From: an uncultured delta proteobacterium
GTDB taxonomy: Bacteria > Myxococcota_A > Polyangia > Haliangiales > Haliangiaceae
Length of the DNA stretch: 64,000 nt
Assembly: GCA_963743525.1 (NCBI GenBank)
Contig: CAVUQH010000004.1
Coordinates: 736,001-800,000 of the forward strand
Direction: 5' to 3'
Of the stretch, positions 43,112 to 52,853 are shown in pieces. Numbering within the stretch: the first letter of the stretch is position 1; every line of letters starts with the position of its first letter. The position numbers and the translations under genes are program-made. The notes under the pieces were generated by a model, which ran no database searches, had not been told where the DNA came from, and was given only the letters and a program-made list of their open reading frames with translations.

Positions 43112-46100
43112 ATGCGGGGGGCGCCGGCGACGGATCGGTACCGCGTGCTGCGCCGGATCGGCCAGGGCGGGATGGGGATGGTCTACGAGGCCGAGGACCA
43201 CGAGAGTGGCCAGCGGGTCGCGCTCAAGACCATCGCCAGCCACGACGTCGACCACATCTACCGGCTCAAGCGCGAGTTCCGTCTGCTCGCCGACCTCAGC
43301 CACCCGAACCTGGTCGAGCTCTACGATCTGGTCGTCGACCGCGAGGCCTGCTTCTACACCATGGAGCTCCTCGACGGCACCGACCTGCTGAGCTACGTCT
43401 GGCGCGAACGGCGCGAGCAGGAGATGGCGATGGCGCAGACCTCCGACGCCATGCCGACGCCCGGCGGCGGCGTCGCCGATGCGCCGACGCGTGACATCAT
43501 CCAGCTGCCGTCCCCGTGCGACGTCGAGCGCCTGCGCCCGGCGCTGGCACAGCTGGCGCGCGGGATGGGCGCACTGCACGCAGCGGGCAAGGTCCACCGC
43601 GACGTCAAGCCGTCCAACATTCTCGTCACCCGCGACGGCCGCGTGGTGCTGCTCGACTTCGGTCTGGCCGCCGAGCTGGGACGCCGCCCCTCCTCCGCCG
43701 GCGTCGCAGTGGTCGGAACCATCCCGTACATGGCACCCGAGCAGTGCGCCGGCGACGGACGGATCACGGCTGCAGCCGATTGGTACGCGCTCGGGGTGAT
43801 GTTGTTCCAGGCGCTCACCGGTCGCCTGCCGTTCGACGGACCGCCGGCGCAGGTGCTCCACGACAAGCAAACCCAGGCGGCGCCACGGGTGTCGATGTTC
43901 ACCTCCGACGCGCCCGACGACCTGGCCCGCCTTTGCGACGAGCTGCTCGAACGCGCGCCCGCCGATCGCCCGGGCGGGCCCGCCCTGCTCCGCCGCCTGG
44001 GTGTCAGCGACCCGCTGTCGGTGCAGGCGTCACACAGCGCGTGCGACGCGACGTTCGCCGGACGCGACGCCGAGCTGGCGCAGCTCGACCAGCTGCTGTT
44101 GTCGCCGGCCGGCGGCCAGGCCGCGGTCGCGGTCGTGCGCGGTCCGTCGGGCATGGGCAAGAGCGCCCTCATCGACCGATTCGCCGACCGCGTCGTGGCC
44201 CGCGATCCGGACGCGTTGGTTCTGCGCGGCCGCTGCTACGCACGCGAAGATGTTCCGTACAAGGCGATGGACGGCCTCATCGACGAGCTGTCCGAGTGGT
44301 GGCTGGGGCGCGGTCCGAGCGAGGCGCAGGCACTGCTGCCCCGCGCCGCGTGGCTGTTGCCGCGCCTGTTTCCCGTTCTCGGTCGAGTTCCCGCCATCGC
44401 CGACGCGCCGCACACGGCATCTCCGGTCAACCCGCAGACCCTGCGCACCGACGCGTTCGCCGCCCTGCGCGAGGCGCTGCGCCGGTTGGCCGATCGCCGT
44501 CGCGTGGTCCTGGTGCTCGACGACATGCAGTGGGTCGATCGCGACACCACGACGCTGCTCACCGATCTGATGCGCGCGCCCGATCCGCCGCCGCTGTTGT
44601 TGGTGCTGGGCACTCGATCCAAGGGCAGCGAGGGGGTCATCGAGCACGCCCGGCACATGGACGCCACGCTCGGCGTAATCGACGTGGGACCGCTGCCCGA
44701 GGAGGTGTCGATCGCGCTGGCAGCCGATCAGCTGGGCGATGACGGCGGCGAAATCGCCACCCAGCTGGTGCACGAGAGCGCCGGAAGCCCGCTGTTCCTC
44801 GCCGAGCTGATTCGCTTGCTCCAGCGCCGCAGCCTGGCGTCGGTCGCCGGCAAAGGCCTGGAGACCGTGCTCGCCGAGCGCTTCGACGAGCTGGGAGCCG
44901 ACGCGAGAACTCTGGCCGAGTTGGTCGCGGTCGCGGGTGAGCCGATCGCCCGGCAACTGGTGGCCCGCGCCAGTGGCCTCGCCCCCGCCGAGTTCAACCG
45001 CCAGCTCGCCCACCTGCGCGCCCAGCGGATCGTTCGCACCACCGGCGGCCGCACCGACGACACCGTCGAGCCGTTCCACGATCGGGTGCGCGAGGTGATG
45101 GTCGACGTCATCCCACCCGAGCGCCGCGTCCTGCGCCACCGCGCGCTGGCCACCGCCCTGTCGGGCATCGGCGCAGCCGATCGCCTCGCCCACCACTGGT
45201 CGGGAGCCGGAGACGTCGACCGCGCCGGCGAGTACGCGCGTCGCGCCGGCGACGACGCCAGGGCCAAGCTCGACTTCGACCGCGCCGCACGCTTCTATCG
45301 CATGGCGCTGGCCAGCAGCCGGTGGCCGGCCGACGAGCAGCGCACGCTGCGCGGCCAGCTGGCCGAGGCGTTGGCCGACTCCGGCCAACCGCGCGATGCG
45401 GCGCGGGAGGCGCTGGCTGCGGCCGAGGGCTCCGATGCCACCACTGCGCTCGAGCTGCGCCGGCGCGCCGCCGGCCACTTCTTGCAGTCGGGCTACATCG
45501 AGGAAGGGCTGAAGCTCACCCACGAAGTGCTGGCCCAGGTCGGGATGCGCATGGCGCGGACGCCGACTCGCGCGCTGCTGTCCGTGCTGCTCCGCCGCGC
45601 CTGGCTGCGCGTGCGTGGCCTCGGCTTCCGCAAGCGCGCGCCGGCCGAGATCAGCCAGGCGGAGATGACCCGCGTCGACGTGTGCGAGGGCGTGTCGTTC
45701 GGCCTGGCGCTGGTCGACACCTTCCGCGCCATGGACTTCGGCAGCCGTTTCCTGGTCGGCGCCCTGCGGCTGGGCGAGCCGTGGCGAGTCGCCCGGGCGA
45801 TCGCGCTCGAGACCGACTTGCTGGCCGCCAGCGCCAAGACCCGCCGCGCCCGCCGGCTGCTCGATCGGCTCGCGGCGATGACCCCCGAGGTCGGCGATCC
45901 CGAAGCGGAAGCGCAGCTCCTGGCGACCCGCGCGTTGTTCGACTTCTTCTGCACCAACGACCTGCACGCCGCGCTCGACGGCATGCACCGCTCGATGGAG
46001 GCCTACCGGGTGGCCGTCGGCCGCGCCGGGTTCGCCCTGGACACCATCAACCTGTTCCGCTGCTGGTCGCTGCTGTACATGGGCGAGCTGGCCGAGCTGT

Positions 46101-46825
46101 CACGACTGGCGCCGGCGCTCGCCGAGGCCGCCCTGCGCAGCGGCAACCTCTACTCGTCGGTCACGCTGCGCTGCGGCTTTGCCGCCGCCTGGCTGCCGTC
46201 GCTAGACGCCGAGGCGATCGACGAGCAGGTGGTTGACGCGCTGCGATCGTGGAGCACGCCCAGCGGGGCCTACCAGTTCCAGCACTTCGTGTCGCTCAAC
46301 TCGCGCGTCGACCTCGCGCTCTACCGCGGCGACCCCGATTCGATCTCGGCGCAGATCGAGGCCGACCGCCGGCCCATCCGCCGCTCGCTGCTCGACCGGG
46401 CGCCGATGCAGCGGGCGCTGCTCTGCTCCAGCCTCACGCGCCACGCCCTCGCACGCGCCACCGCCGCGCCCGCCGGATCCCGCGCCCGGCGCGACGCGCT
46501 CGCCGACGCCCGCCGGCACGCCAGGCGCGTTCGGCGCATCCCCTTGCCCCTGGCGGAAGCCTCGCTCCTGGTATTCCGCGGCGCCATCGCCGATGTCGAC
46601 GGCCGCGACGACGAGGCGGCAAACGCCTGGCGCGCGGCGCTGCCCCGACTCGAGGCGATGCACTACCACCTGTTCGCCCACGCCACCCGCTACCACCTCG
46701 GCCGTTTGCTCGGCGGCGACGAGGGCCGTGAGCTGCGCGCGCGCACGACCCAATGGCTGGAAGAGCAACAGGTGCGCGATCCGCAGGCGACCATGCGCAT
46801 GATCCTGCCGGCGCGCGAGCCGTAG
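43112..46825 (+). CDS. Ser/Thr kinase fused to AAA_16/STAND-like ATPase and helical repeats
   Basis: IGQGGMG, VALK, HRDVKPSN, DFG, APE; GPSGMGKS, LVLDD, GSPLFL. Confidence 0.92.
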   Translation: MRGAPATDRYRVLRRIGQGGMGMVYEAEDHESGQRVALKTIASHDVDHIYRLKREFRLLADLSHPNLVELYDLVVDREACFYTMELLDGTDLLSYVWRERREQEMAMAQTSDAMPTPGGGVADAPTRDIIQLPSPCDVERLRPALAQLARGMGALHAAGKVHRDVKPSNILVTRDGRVVLLDFGLAAELGRRPSSAGVAVVGTIPYMAPEQCAGDGRITAAADWYALGVMLFQALTGRLPFDGPPAQVLHDKQTQAAPRVSMFTSDAPDDLARLCDELLERAPADRPGGPALLRRLGVSDPLSVQASHSACDATFAGRDAELAQLDQLLLSPAGGQAAVAVVRGPSGMGKSALIDRFADRVVARDPDALVLRGRCYAREDVPYKAMDGLIDELSEWWLGRGPSEAQALLPRAAWLLPRLFPVLGRVPAIADAPHTASPVNPQTLRTDAFAALREALRRLADRRRVVLVLDDMQWVDRDTTTLLTDLMRAPDPPPLLLVLGTRSKGSEGVIEHARHMDATLGVIDVGPLPEEVSIALAADQLGDDGGEIATQLVHESAGSPLFLAELIRLLQRRSLASVAGKGLETVLAERFDELGADARTLAELVAVAGEPIARQLVARASGLAPAEFNRQLAHLRAQRIVRTTGGRTDDTVEPFHDRVREVMVDVIPPERRVLRHRALATALSGIGAADRLAHHWSGAGDVDRAGEYARRAGDDARAKLDFDRAARFYRMALASSRWPADEQRTLRGQLAEALADSGQPRDAAREALAAAEGSDATTALELRRRAAGHFLQSGYIEEGLKLTHEVLAQVGMRMARTPTRALLSVLLRRAWLRVRGLGFRKRAPAEISQAEMTRVDVCEGVSFGLALVDTFRAMDFGSRFLVGALRLGEPWRVARAIALETDLLAASAKTRRARRLLDRLAAMTPEVGDPEAEAQLLATRALFDFFCTNDLHAALDGMHRSMEAYRVAVGRAGFALDTINLFRCWSLLYMGELAELSRLAPALAEAALRSGNLYSSVTLRCGFAAAWLPSLDAEAIDEQVVDALRSWSTPSGAYQFQHFVSLNSRVDLALYRGDPDSISAQIEADRRPIRRSLLDRAPMQRALLCSSLTRHALARATAAPAGSRARRDALADARRHARRVRRIPLPLAEASLLVFRGAIADVDGRDDEAANAWRAALPRLEAMHYHLFAHATRYHLGRLLGGDEGRELRARTTQWLEEQQVRDPQATMRMILPAREP

Positions 46826-46833
46826 CCGGTCGC

Positions 46834-47412
46834 TCACATCAGATCGCCGAACAGCCAGCTCAGTGCACCGGCGTACTCGCGGCCACAGCCAAGGGCCGTG
46901 TGCACCACCTGCCGGGCAGCGTCGCGCGACAGCCAGTCGGTAGCGTTAACGGTCCAGACCACGTTCGCGACATCCCACAGCGACAGGCGGCAGAAGCCAT
47001 TGTCGATGTAGCAGACCGGGTGGGTGTCGAAGGCGATGCGGCGAATGTCGTCGCACGAGGTCTCGCCGTCGATGTCGGCGCGAAGCTCCTCTTGCAGACA
47101 GACCAGCACGCTGTCGATCCACGCCTGCCCCGCCCGGGTCATGCGCGGCCGCGCGTCGCGGTAGAAGCGCTGGGCGTAGACGGCACCGTAGCCGCGCAGG
47201 TAGCCGCCGGCACCGCAGCCCTGGCCACCGTCGGCGGCGGCATCCGCGCACAGGTAGAAGTCGGCTTCGTGGCCAGCGATGTCCTCGGGACCGGCGGGAA
47301 TCGGGCAGGCGGCGATCGGATCGCCGGACAGCGGGGCGGCCTCCTGGCCGACCTCGGCGTCGAGGCAGGCGCTGGTGAGCAGACATGCGAAGAGGAGCGG
47401 GTACGAACGCAT
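46834..47412 (-). CDS. Cys-rich lipoprotein resembling stanniocalcin-like proteins
   Basis: Lipobox TSAC; DFYLC..CG..GY..YG..RF..GQAWI..CLQ..C..I..AFDTHPVCY..GFC. Confidence 0.65.
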   Translation of the reverse strand: MRSYPLLFACLLTSACLDAEVGQEAAPLSGDPIAACPIPAGPEDIAGHEADFYLCADAAADGGQGCGAGGYLRGYGAVYAQRFYRDARPRMTRAGQAWIDSVLVCLQEELRADIDGETSCDDIRRIAFDTHPVCYIDNGFCRLSLWDVANVVWTVNATDWLSRDAARQVVHTALGCGREYAGALSWLFGDLM

Positions 47413-47470
47413 CCGCGCGTCATCCGCCTCGACCTCGGTTCAGTCAAGCGCCGTGACAGTCGAGCGCGGT

Positions 47471-49141
47471 TCAGCGCGCGCCGGCGAGCGGAAGGTAGAT
47501 GGCCGCGGTCTTGGACGGCATGGCGACGCGGATCGTCCCGCCGTTGACCGTGACCGTGGCCGGCGCGCCCAGACCGAGCACATCGTGAAGAACGGTGCCG
47601 TCGGGCCAGGCGGCGCGGTCGGCGGCGCTGATGCCGGGGTTGGTGGCGAAGTGCAGATCGATGTTGCCGCTGTCGCCGGTGCCGTTGTCGATGACCACCA
47701 GCGCGCGATCACCGGCGGCCGCGCGGTAGAAGGCGTACAGGTTGGCGCCGCCGTTGGGTCGCCACAGCTCGCTGTAGTAGCCGTCGTGCAGCGCCGCGTG
47801 CTGGCGGCGCAACGCGATCAGCGAGCGCGTGAGGGCGAAGGTCTGCGCCGGGTCGCCGAGATAGCCGTCGTGGGCGCCGGCACGGGTCGCCGAATCGAAC
47901 GCCCAGGCGGGCATATCGCGGCGGTTGTCCGGGTAGTTGCCGAGCATGCCCAGCTCGTCGCCGTAGTAGAGCTGGGGGATGCCGGGCAGCGTGAACAGCG
48001 CCACCAGCGCCAGGTGGTAGCGGCGCACGCGCTCGGCGTCGGGCAAGTCGCCGGCCTCCTGCATGAAGCGCGGCAGATCGTGGTTGTCGAGGAAGGTGGT
48101 GACCATCAGCGCGCGGGCCAGGCCGAGCGAATCGACTGTCTCTTGCACCACGCCGGCCAACTCGTTGAGCGAGCCACCCTTGCCAACCGAGTTGACCAGG
48201 GCGCGGCGCAGCGGGAAGTGGAAGAACGAATCGAACCCGGCCTCGAGGTACGGCGCGAACTGATCCATGGCCATGTCGCTGAACACCTCGGCGACGACGA
48301 ACGGATGTGGCGTCGCCGCCCGCGCCGCCGGCATCCACGAGTCGGCGAAGTAGTCCAGCGGCACGTGCTTGGCGGTGTCCATGCGCACGCCGTCGAAGGC
48401 GTAGCGGTCGAGCCACTCGGTGGTGGTCGCGGTGATGTACGCGGCGACGGTCGGGTTCTCCTGCGCGAGGTCGGGCAGGCCGTTGAGCGAGCAGAACTGA
48501 TCGGAGGGGCCGAGGTTGGCGCAGCCGTTGGGATCGTGGAACCAGCCCGGCTCCTGTGCCGCCAGGCGCGCGTTGCGAGCCACGTGGTTGACCACCACGT
48601 CGAGCAGCACGCGCACGTCGGCGTCGTGCAGGTCGGCCAGCAGGCGGTCGAGGTCGACGGCGCTGCCCAGCTTGGGCTCGACCGCCTGGGCGATCGGATC
48701 GGCGGGATCGGCGAGGTCCGCCCAGTAGCCGTGGTAGCCGCACGCGTCGTAGCGGCGCGGCGCCTGCCGCACCAGCGGCGTCATCCACAGCGCGCCGACG
48801 CCCAGCTCGTGCAGGTAATCCACGTGGGCGCGAAGCCCGGCCAGGTCGCCGCCGTGGAACAGCGTCGGCGATTTCGGGTCGAAGCAGTCGGCGGCGCCGG
48901 CGTCGTCGTTCTGCGGATCGCCGTCGGCGAAGCGGTCGGGGATGGTCAGGTAGATGACCCGCGGGCGCCACACCCTGGGATCGGCACCGGCACCGGTCCA
49001 CGGCGAGCCGGCGTCGGTCCGGGCGTCAGCCGCCGCTGCAGCGGCGTCCCGTGTGGGGCTGGAGCCGCCCGGCGGCCGCGGCCCGTCCCCGGTGCTCGCA
49101 CAGGCACCGGCGAGCGCGATCAGGGGAGCCCAGCGCCACAT
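47471..49141 (-). CDS. GH13 alpha-amylase family lipoprotein
   Basis: DRFADGD, GGDLAG, YHGYW, DVVVNH, GVRMDTAKH, AEV, FLDNHD, YYGDE. Confidence 0.92.
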   Translation of the reverse strand: MWRWAPLIALAGACASTGDGPRPPGGSSPTRDAAAAAADARTDAGSPWTGAGADPRVWRPRVIYLTIPDRFADGDPQNDDAGAADCFDPKSPTLFHGGDLAGLRAHVDYLHELGVGALWMTPLVRQAPRRYDACGYHGYWADLADPADPIAQAVEPKLGSAVDLDRLLADLHDADVRVLLDVVVNHVARNARLAAQEPGWFHDPNGCANLGPSDQFCSLNGLPDLAQENPTVAAYITATTTEWLDRYAFDGVRMDTAKHVPLDYFADSWMPAARAATPHPFVVAEVFSDMAMDQFAPYLEAGFDSFFHFPLRRALVNSVGKGGSLNELAGVVQETVDSLGLARALMVTTFLDNHDLPRFMQEAGDLPDAERVRRYHLALVALFTLPGIPQLYYGDELGMLGNYPDNRRDMPAWAFDSATRAGAHDGYLGDPAQTFALTRSLIALRRQHAALHDGYYSELWRPNGGANLYAFYRAAAGDRALVVIDNGTGDSGNIDLHFATNPGISAADRAAWPDGTVLHDVLGLGAPATVTVNGGTIRVAMPSKTAAIYLPLAGAR

Positions 49142-49155
49142 CGAACATCGTTCGA

Positions 49156-49229
49156 GCACGCGCCGTGCCGGCCACTGCCGATCACGGATTCCAACGAGTT
49201 CGAGCTGTTCGCGTTGCCAAACGCAACGC
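49156..49229 (-). promoter_or_regulatory. Sigma54-like promoter and palindromic upstream site for the amylase gene
   Basis: - strand CGGCAC-GGCGC-GTGC; perfect IR GCGTTGC-caaac-GCAACGC at 49211-49229. Confidence 0.45.
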
Positions 49230-49461
49230 CGCTGCTGCGACCGCCTGACACGGAGATGGCATCGCCCGGCCCGGGCGCAAGAAGATGCACGCCATCGCCG
49301 CCACCACACGCACCCATCGCGACGCCCGAGACGAAACGCTGGCGGCGATCGCTCGCCAACGGCCTGGAATCACGATGATGACCGGCAGCCGGCTGTCAGA
49401 GGGACATGGTCGAATGGCCGCCTGACCCGCCGGCGTCAGACCCCAACCTTAAACTGCGCAT

Positions 49462-50223
49462 ATGTTCAGTAACGCCATCGACGGTGCTCCCCGGTTCAAC
49501 CTCGCCTGCCGCGACGCGGTGGCGTGGTTGCACGACCTGCCGGATGCGTCGGTCGATCTGATCGTCACCGACCCGCCGTACGAGTCGCTGGAGAAGCACC
49601 GCGCGGTGGGGACGACGACGCGGCTCAAGAACAGCAAGGCGTCCAGCAACCGCTGGTTCGACATCTTCCCCAACGAGCGGTTCGAAGAGCTGTTCGTCGA
49701 GCTGTACCGGGTGCTGCGCAAGGACCGGCACTTCTACCTCTACTGCGACGCCGAGACGATGTTCGTGGCCAAGCCGATCGCCGAGCGCTGCGGCTTTCGC
49801 TTCTGGAAGCCGCTGGTGTGGGACAAGCGCAAGATCGGCATGGGCTACCACTACCGGGCGCGCTACGAGCTCATCCTTTTCTTCGAGAAGGGCAAGCGCA
49901 AGCTCAACGACCTGGGTCTGGCCGACATCATCGAGGAGCCGCGCGTTCACCGCGGCTACCCGGCGGAGAAGCCGGTCCCCGTGTCGCAGGTGCTGATCAC
50001 CCAGAGCACCCAGCCAGGCGAGCTCGTCATCGATCCGTTCATGGGCTCGGGCAGTGCCGGCGTGGCGGCGATCACCGAGAAGCGGAGCTTCCTCGGCAAC
50101 GACTTGTGCGACGAGGCGGTCGGGATCACGCGCGGGCGTCTGATCGAAGCCGGCGGCGTCGAGGCGCCGCTGGACTCGACGATGCCGACCAGCCGCGACG
50201 TGCAGCTGCGCATGCCGATGTAG
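49462..50223 (+). CDS. Site-specific DNA methyltransferase (N6/N4, beta class)
   Basis: DLIVTDPPY at the N-terminus, YPAEKP, IDPFMGSGS at the C-terminus. Confidence 0.92.
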   Translation: MFSNAIDGAPRFNLACRDAVAWLHDLPDASVDLIVTDPPYESLEKHRAVGTTTRLKNSKASSNRWFDIFPNERFEELFVELYRVLRKDRHFYLYCDAETMFVAKPIAERCGFRFWKPLVWDKRKIGMGYHYRARYELILFFEKGKRKLNDLGLADIIEEPRVHRGYPAEKPVPVSQVLITQSTQPGELVIDPFMGSGSAGVAAITEKRSFLGNDLCDEAVGITRGRLIEAGGVEAPLDSTMPTSRDVQLRMPM

Positions 50224-50227
50224 CGCC

Positions 50228-50686
50228 ATGACCGGTCATGAGTATTCCGATCTGATCGCCGGGTACGTGGTCCGGAACTACGGGTCGCGCGGTGTCGAGG
50301 TCTACCGCGAGGTCTCGATCGGCAAGTCGATCATCGGCAAGAACCGCAAGCTCGACATCCTGGTGCTGTGCGCAGGCGACGGCTTCGCCATCGAGTGCAA
50401 ATACCAGGAGAGCCAGGGCACCGCCGACGAGAAGATTCCCTACACTCTCGACGACCTCGCGGCCCTGCAGATGAACGGCTGCGTCGCCTACGCCGGCGAC
50501 GGCTTCTCGCCCGGCGTGATCCACATGCTCGAGGCCTCGGAGCTGGCCGCCTACTGCCTGCCGGCGGCGGACAGCCTGGCTCCGGGCAAGAGCACGCGCG
50601 AGCTGGATCACCTGCTGGCGATGCACTTCGGCTGGTGGGACGTTTTGGTCGCGGGCAAGAAGCCGTTCGCCCTGCCCCCGCGCTAG
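50228..50686 (+). CDS. Small PD-(D/E)XK nuclease
   Basis: LDIL..AIECKYQESQGTADEKIPY; 4 bp after the methylase. Confidence 0.78.
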   Translation: MTGHEYSDLIAGYVVRNYGSRGVEVYREVSIGKSIIGKNRKLDILVLCAGDGFAIECKYQESQGTADEKIPYTLDDLAALQMNGCVAYAGDGFSPGVIHMLEASELAAYCLPAADSLAPGKSTRELDHLLAMHFGWWDVLVAGKKPFALPPR

Positions 50687-50690
50687 CTGC

Positions 50691-51116
50691 CTACGACACC
50701 ACGCGCGCCAGCATCTCGAGGATTTCGGTCCAGCCGCCCTGGTGGCCGTTGCGCGAATCCTCGCTGGGGAAGCCGACGTGGTGCAGGGTCACCTCGGTCT
50801 GGTTGGCGCTCTTCTCGACGAAGTCGAGGGTGACGGTGCTGTCGGGAATCGTGTAGTCGGACAGCCAGGTGAACACCAGCCGCTTGTAGCGGTCGATGGT
50901 CTTGTACTCGCCGCGGTGCGGGATCTCCTTGTCGCCGGCGATCATCACGATGAGAAAGCTCCCGCCCTCGCGCGCGTCCACCTCCGCGCGCGCGCTGCCC
51001 GCGTCGGCCCCCGGTTTCATGAACTGCGCCAGCGCGGCGGGATCCAGCCACGCCTCGAACACGCGCTTGGCCGGCGCCGGGATGATCTTCTTGACGGTCA
51101 ATTCGAAGTCGCTCAT
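50691..51116 (-). CDS. SRPBCC/AHSA1 domain protein
   Basis: IPAPAKRVFEAW, DAREGG, RLVFTW, HQGGW. Confidence 0.9.
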   Translation of the reverse strand: MSDFELTVKKIIPAPAKRVFEAWLDPAALAQFMKPGADAGSARAEVDAREGGSFLIVMIAGDKEIPHRGEYKTIDRYKRLVFTWLSDYTIPDSTVTLDFVEKSANQTEVTLHHVGFPSEDSRNGHQGGWTEILEMLARVVS

Positions 51117-51466
51117 TTGGATTTCTCCTCGTTGTTCTTCACGTAGTCGACGAGCGCGTCGAGGCGCCCGCCCCAGAAGTGGCGGTAGAAGTGCAGCCAC
51201 TCGTACGGCAACTGCAGGGACTCCCAGTTGACGCGCAGCCAGTGCTCGCGTCCGTCGACCCGGCGGTGCACCAGCCCTGCCCGCTCGAGCACCTTGAGGT
51301 GCTTGGAGACTCCGTTGAGGCTCATGGCGAAGGCCTGGGCGATGTCGCCGACCTTCAGCTCCCCCGCCTCGCGCAGGAGCTCGATGATCTTGCGCCGCGA
51401 CGGGTCCGTAAGCGCCTGAAATATCAGGCTCAGCCGTTCCTCGCGGGCCTGTTTATCATCAACCAC
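51113..51466 (-). CDS. ArsR/SmtB family regulator
   Basis: FQALTDPSRRKII, VSKHLKVLERAGLV; start probably GTG 51466. Confidence 0.9.
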   Translation of the reverse strand: MVDDKQAREERLSLIFQALTDPSRRKIIELLREAGELKVGDIAQAFAMSLNGVSKHLKVLERAGLVHRRVDGREHWLRVNWESLQLPYEWLHFYRHFWGGRLDALVDYVKNNEEKSK

Positions 51467-51500
51467 GAGGTTGAATATAAGCTCAACCGAATGGTTGAGC
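51459..51500. promoter_or_regulatory. Tandem palindromic ArsR operators
   Basis: TCAACC-acga-GGTTGA (51459-74) and GCTCAACC-gaat-GGTTGAGC (51481-500) flanking a - strand TATATT. Confidence 0.8.
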
Positions 51501-51515
51501 AAGGCCGAAATGCGA

Positions 51516-51821
51516 TTACGGTCCGGCGTCGCCGCGGGCGGCGTCGATGCGCGCCTTCAGGCGGTCGCGCAGCAGGCGGTTGCGCGCGATGACGTCGGGG
51601 TTGGCGCCGTGCGCGGTCAGGTCTTTGATGCGCTCATCGAGCTGGCGCAGCTGCTCCTGCATCACCGCCGGCGAGTCGTCACCCTGGACGACCGAGCTGT
51701 GGGAGGCATTGGGGTCCTGCTCGTACGGGTCGTCGATGGCCGGGCGAAACAGGTAGCCGATGCCGATCATCGCGGTGGCGGCGACGGCGATGATGATCAT
51801 GATGGGCAACGCGCGTTTCAT
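51516..51821 (-). CDS. Small membrane-anchored hypothetical protein
   Basis: MKRALPIMIIIAVAATAMIGIGYLF..; TGATG overlap with the CDF gene. Confidence 0.65.
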   Translation of the reverse strand: MKRALPIMIIIAVAATAMIGIGYLFRPAIDDPYEQDPNASHSSVVQGDDSPAVMQEQLRQLDERIKDLTAHGANPDVIARNRLLRDRLKARIDAARGDAGP

Positions 51822-52798
51822 CAGGACGCCTCCGCGTCGATGACCGAGTCGGGATAGCGCTCGGGATCGAACACGTCGGTCTCGACGAACAAGTAGCGGG
51901 CCAGCGGGATGGCCTTGCGGATTCGCGCCTCGAGGGCGTTGGTTCGCGCGGAGATCTCGTTGGCGGTGAGGCTGGGCTCCCACTCGATCTTGATGGCGGC
52001 GAGGAACTCGTCCTCGCCCAGTTGCATGGTGCGCAGATGCATCAACCGCACGACGCCGGGGGTGTCGCGCACCAGGTTGCGGATCAGCTCCTGCGACTCG
52101 TCGCTGGCGGCCTCGCCGATGAGCAGGGACTTGGTCTCGCGGGCGACGAAGAAGGCGATGCACACCAGCAGCACGCCGATGCCAAAGGTGGCGTAGACGT
52201 CCCACAGCGGGTTGCCGGTGACCAGCGACATGATCACTCCGCCCAACGCCAGGGTCAGGCCGATCAGCGCGCCGGTGTCCTCCATCCAGATGACGATGAT
52301 CTCGGTCGACTTGGAGCTCTCGATGAACGCGATCAAGCTCTCCTTGCCGCGGTGTCGGTTGATCTCGCGGGTCGCCGCCATCCACGACGAGCCCTCGAGG
52401 AAGATGCTGACGACCAGAACCCCGATCGCGACCGTGGCGTGCTCGATGGTCGCCGCGTGGCCGGCGGCCAGCGCCGCGGTCACTTCGTGGTGCTTGTGAT
52501 AGCCCTCGTACAGCGCGAACAGCCCGCCCAGGCTGAACAGCATGATGGCGACCACGAAGCTCCAGAAGTAGCTCTCCATCTTGTAGCCGAACGGATGGCG
52601 GTCATCCGGCGGCTTGGACGCGCGGCGCAGGCCGAACAGCAGCAGCAGCTGGTTGCCGGTGTCGGCTACCGAGTGGATCGCCTCGGCCAGCAGCGACGAC
52701 GACGCGGTCAGGAAGAACGCGACGAACTTGGCCACGGCGATGCCGGCGTTGGCGGCAAGGGCGAGGAGGACGACCTTCTTCGAGCCGTGGGCGGACAT
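51821..52798 (-). CDS. Cation diffusion facilitator (CDF) transporter
   Basis: LLAEAIHSVADTGNQ, HPFGY, EDTGAL, LLIGE. Confidence 0.92.
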   Translation of the reverse strand: MSAHGSKKVVLLALAANAGIAVAKFVAFFLTASSSLLAEAIHSVADTGNQLLLLFGLRRASKPPDDRHPFGYKMESYFWSFVVAIMLFSLGGLFALYEGYHKHHEVTAALAAGHAATIEHATVAIGVLVVSIFLEGSSWMAATREINRHRGKESLIAFIESSKSTEIIVIWMEDTGALIGLTLALGGVIMSLVTGNPLWDVYATFGIGVLLVCIAFFVARETKSLLIGEAASDESQELIRNLVRDTPGVVRLMHLRTMQLGEDEFLAAIKIEWEPSLTANEISARTNALEARIRKAIPLARYLFVETDVFDPERYPDSVIDAEAS

Positions 52799-52853
52799 AC
52801 TGCGCGCGGCATTGTATAGGCGCCGCCGGCCCCGCGCCACGCGCTCCCGGCGG

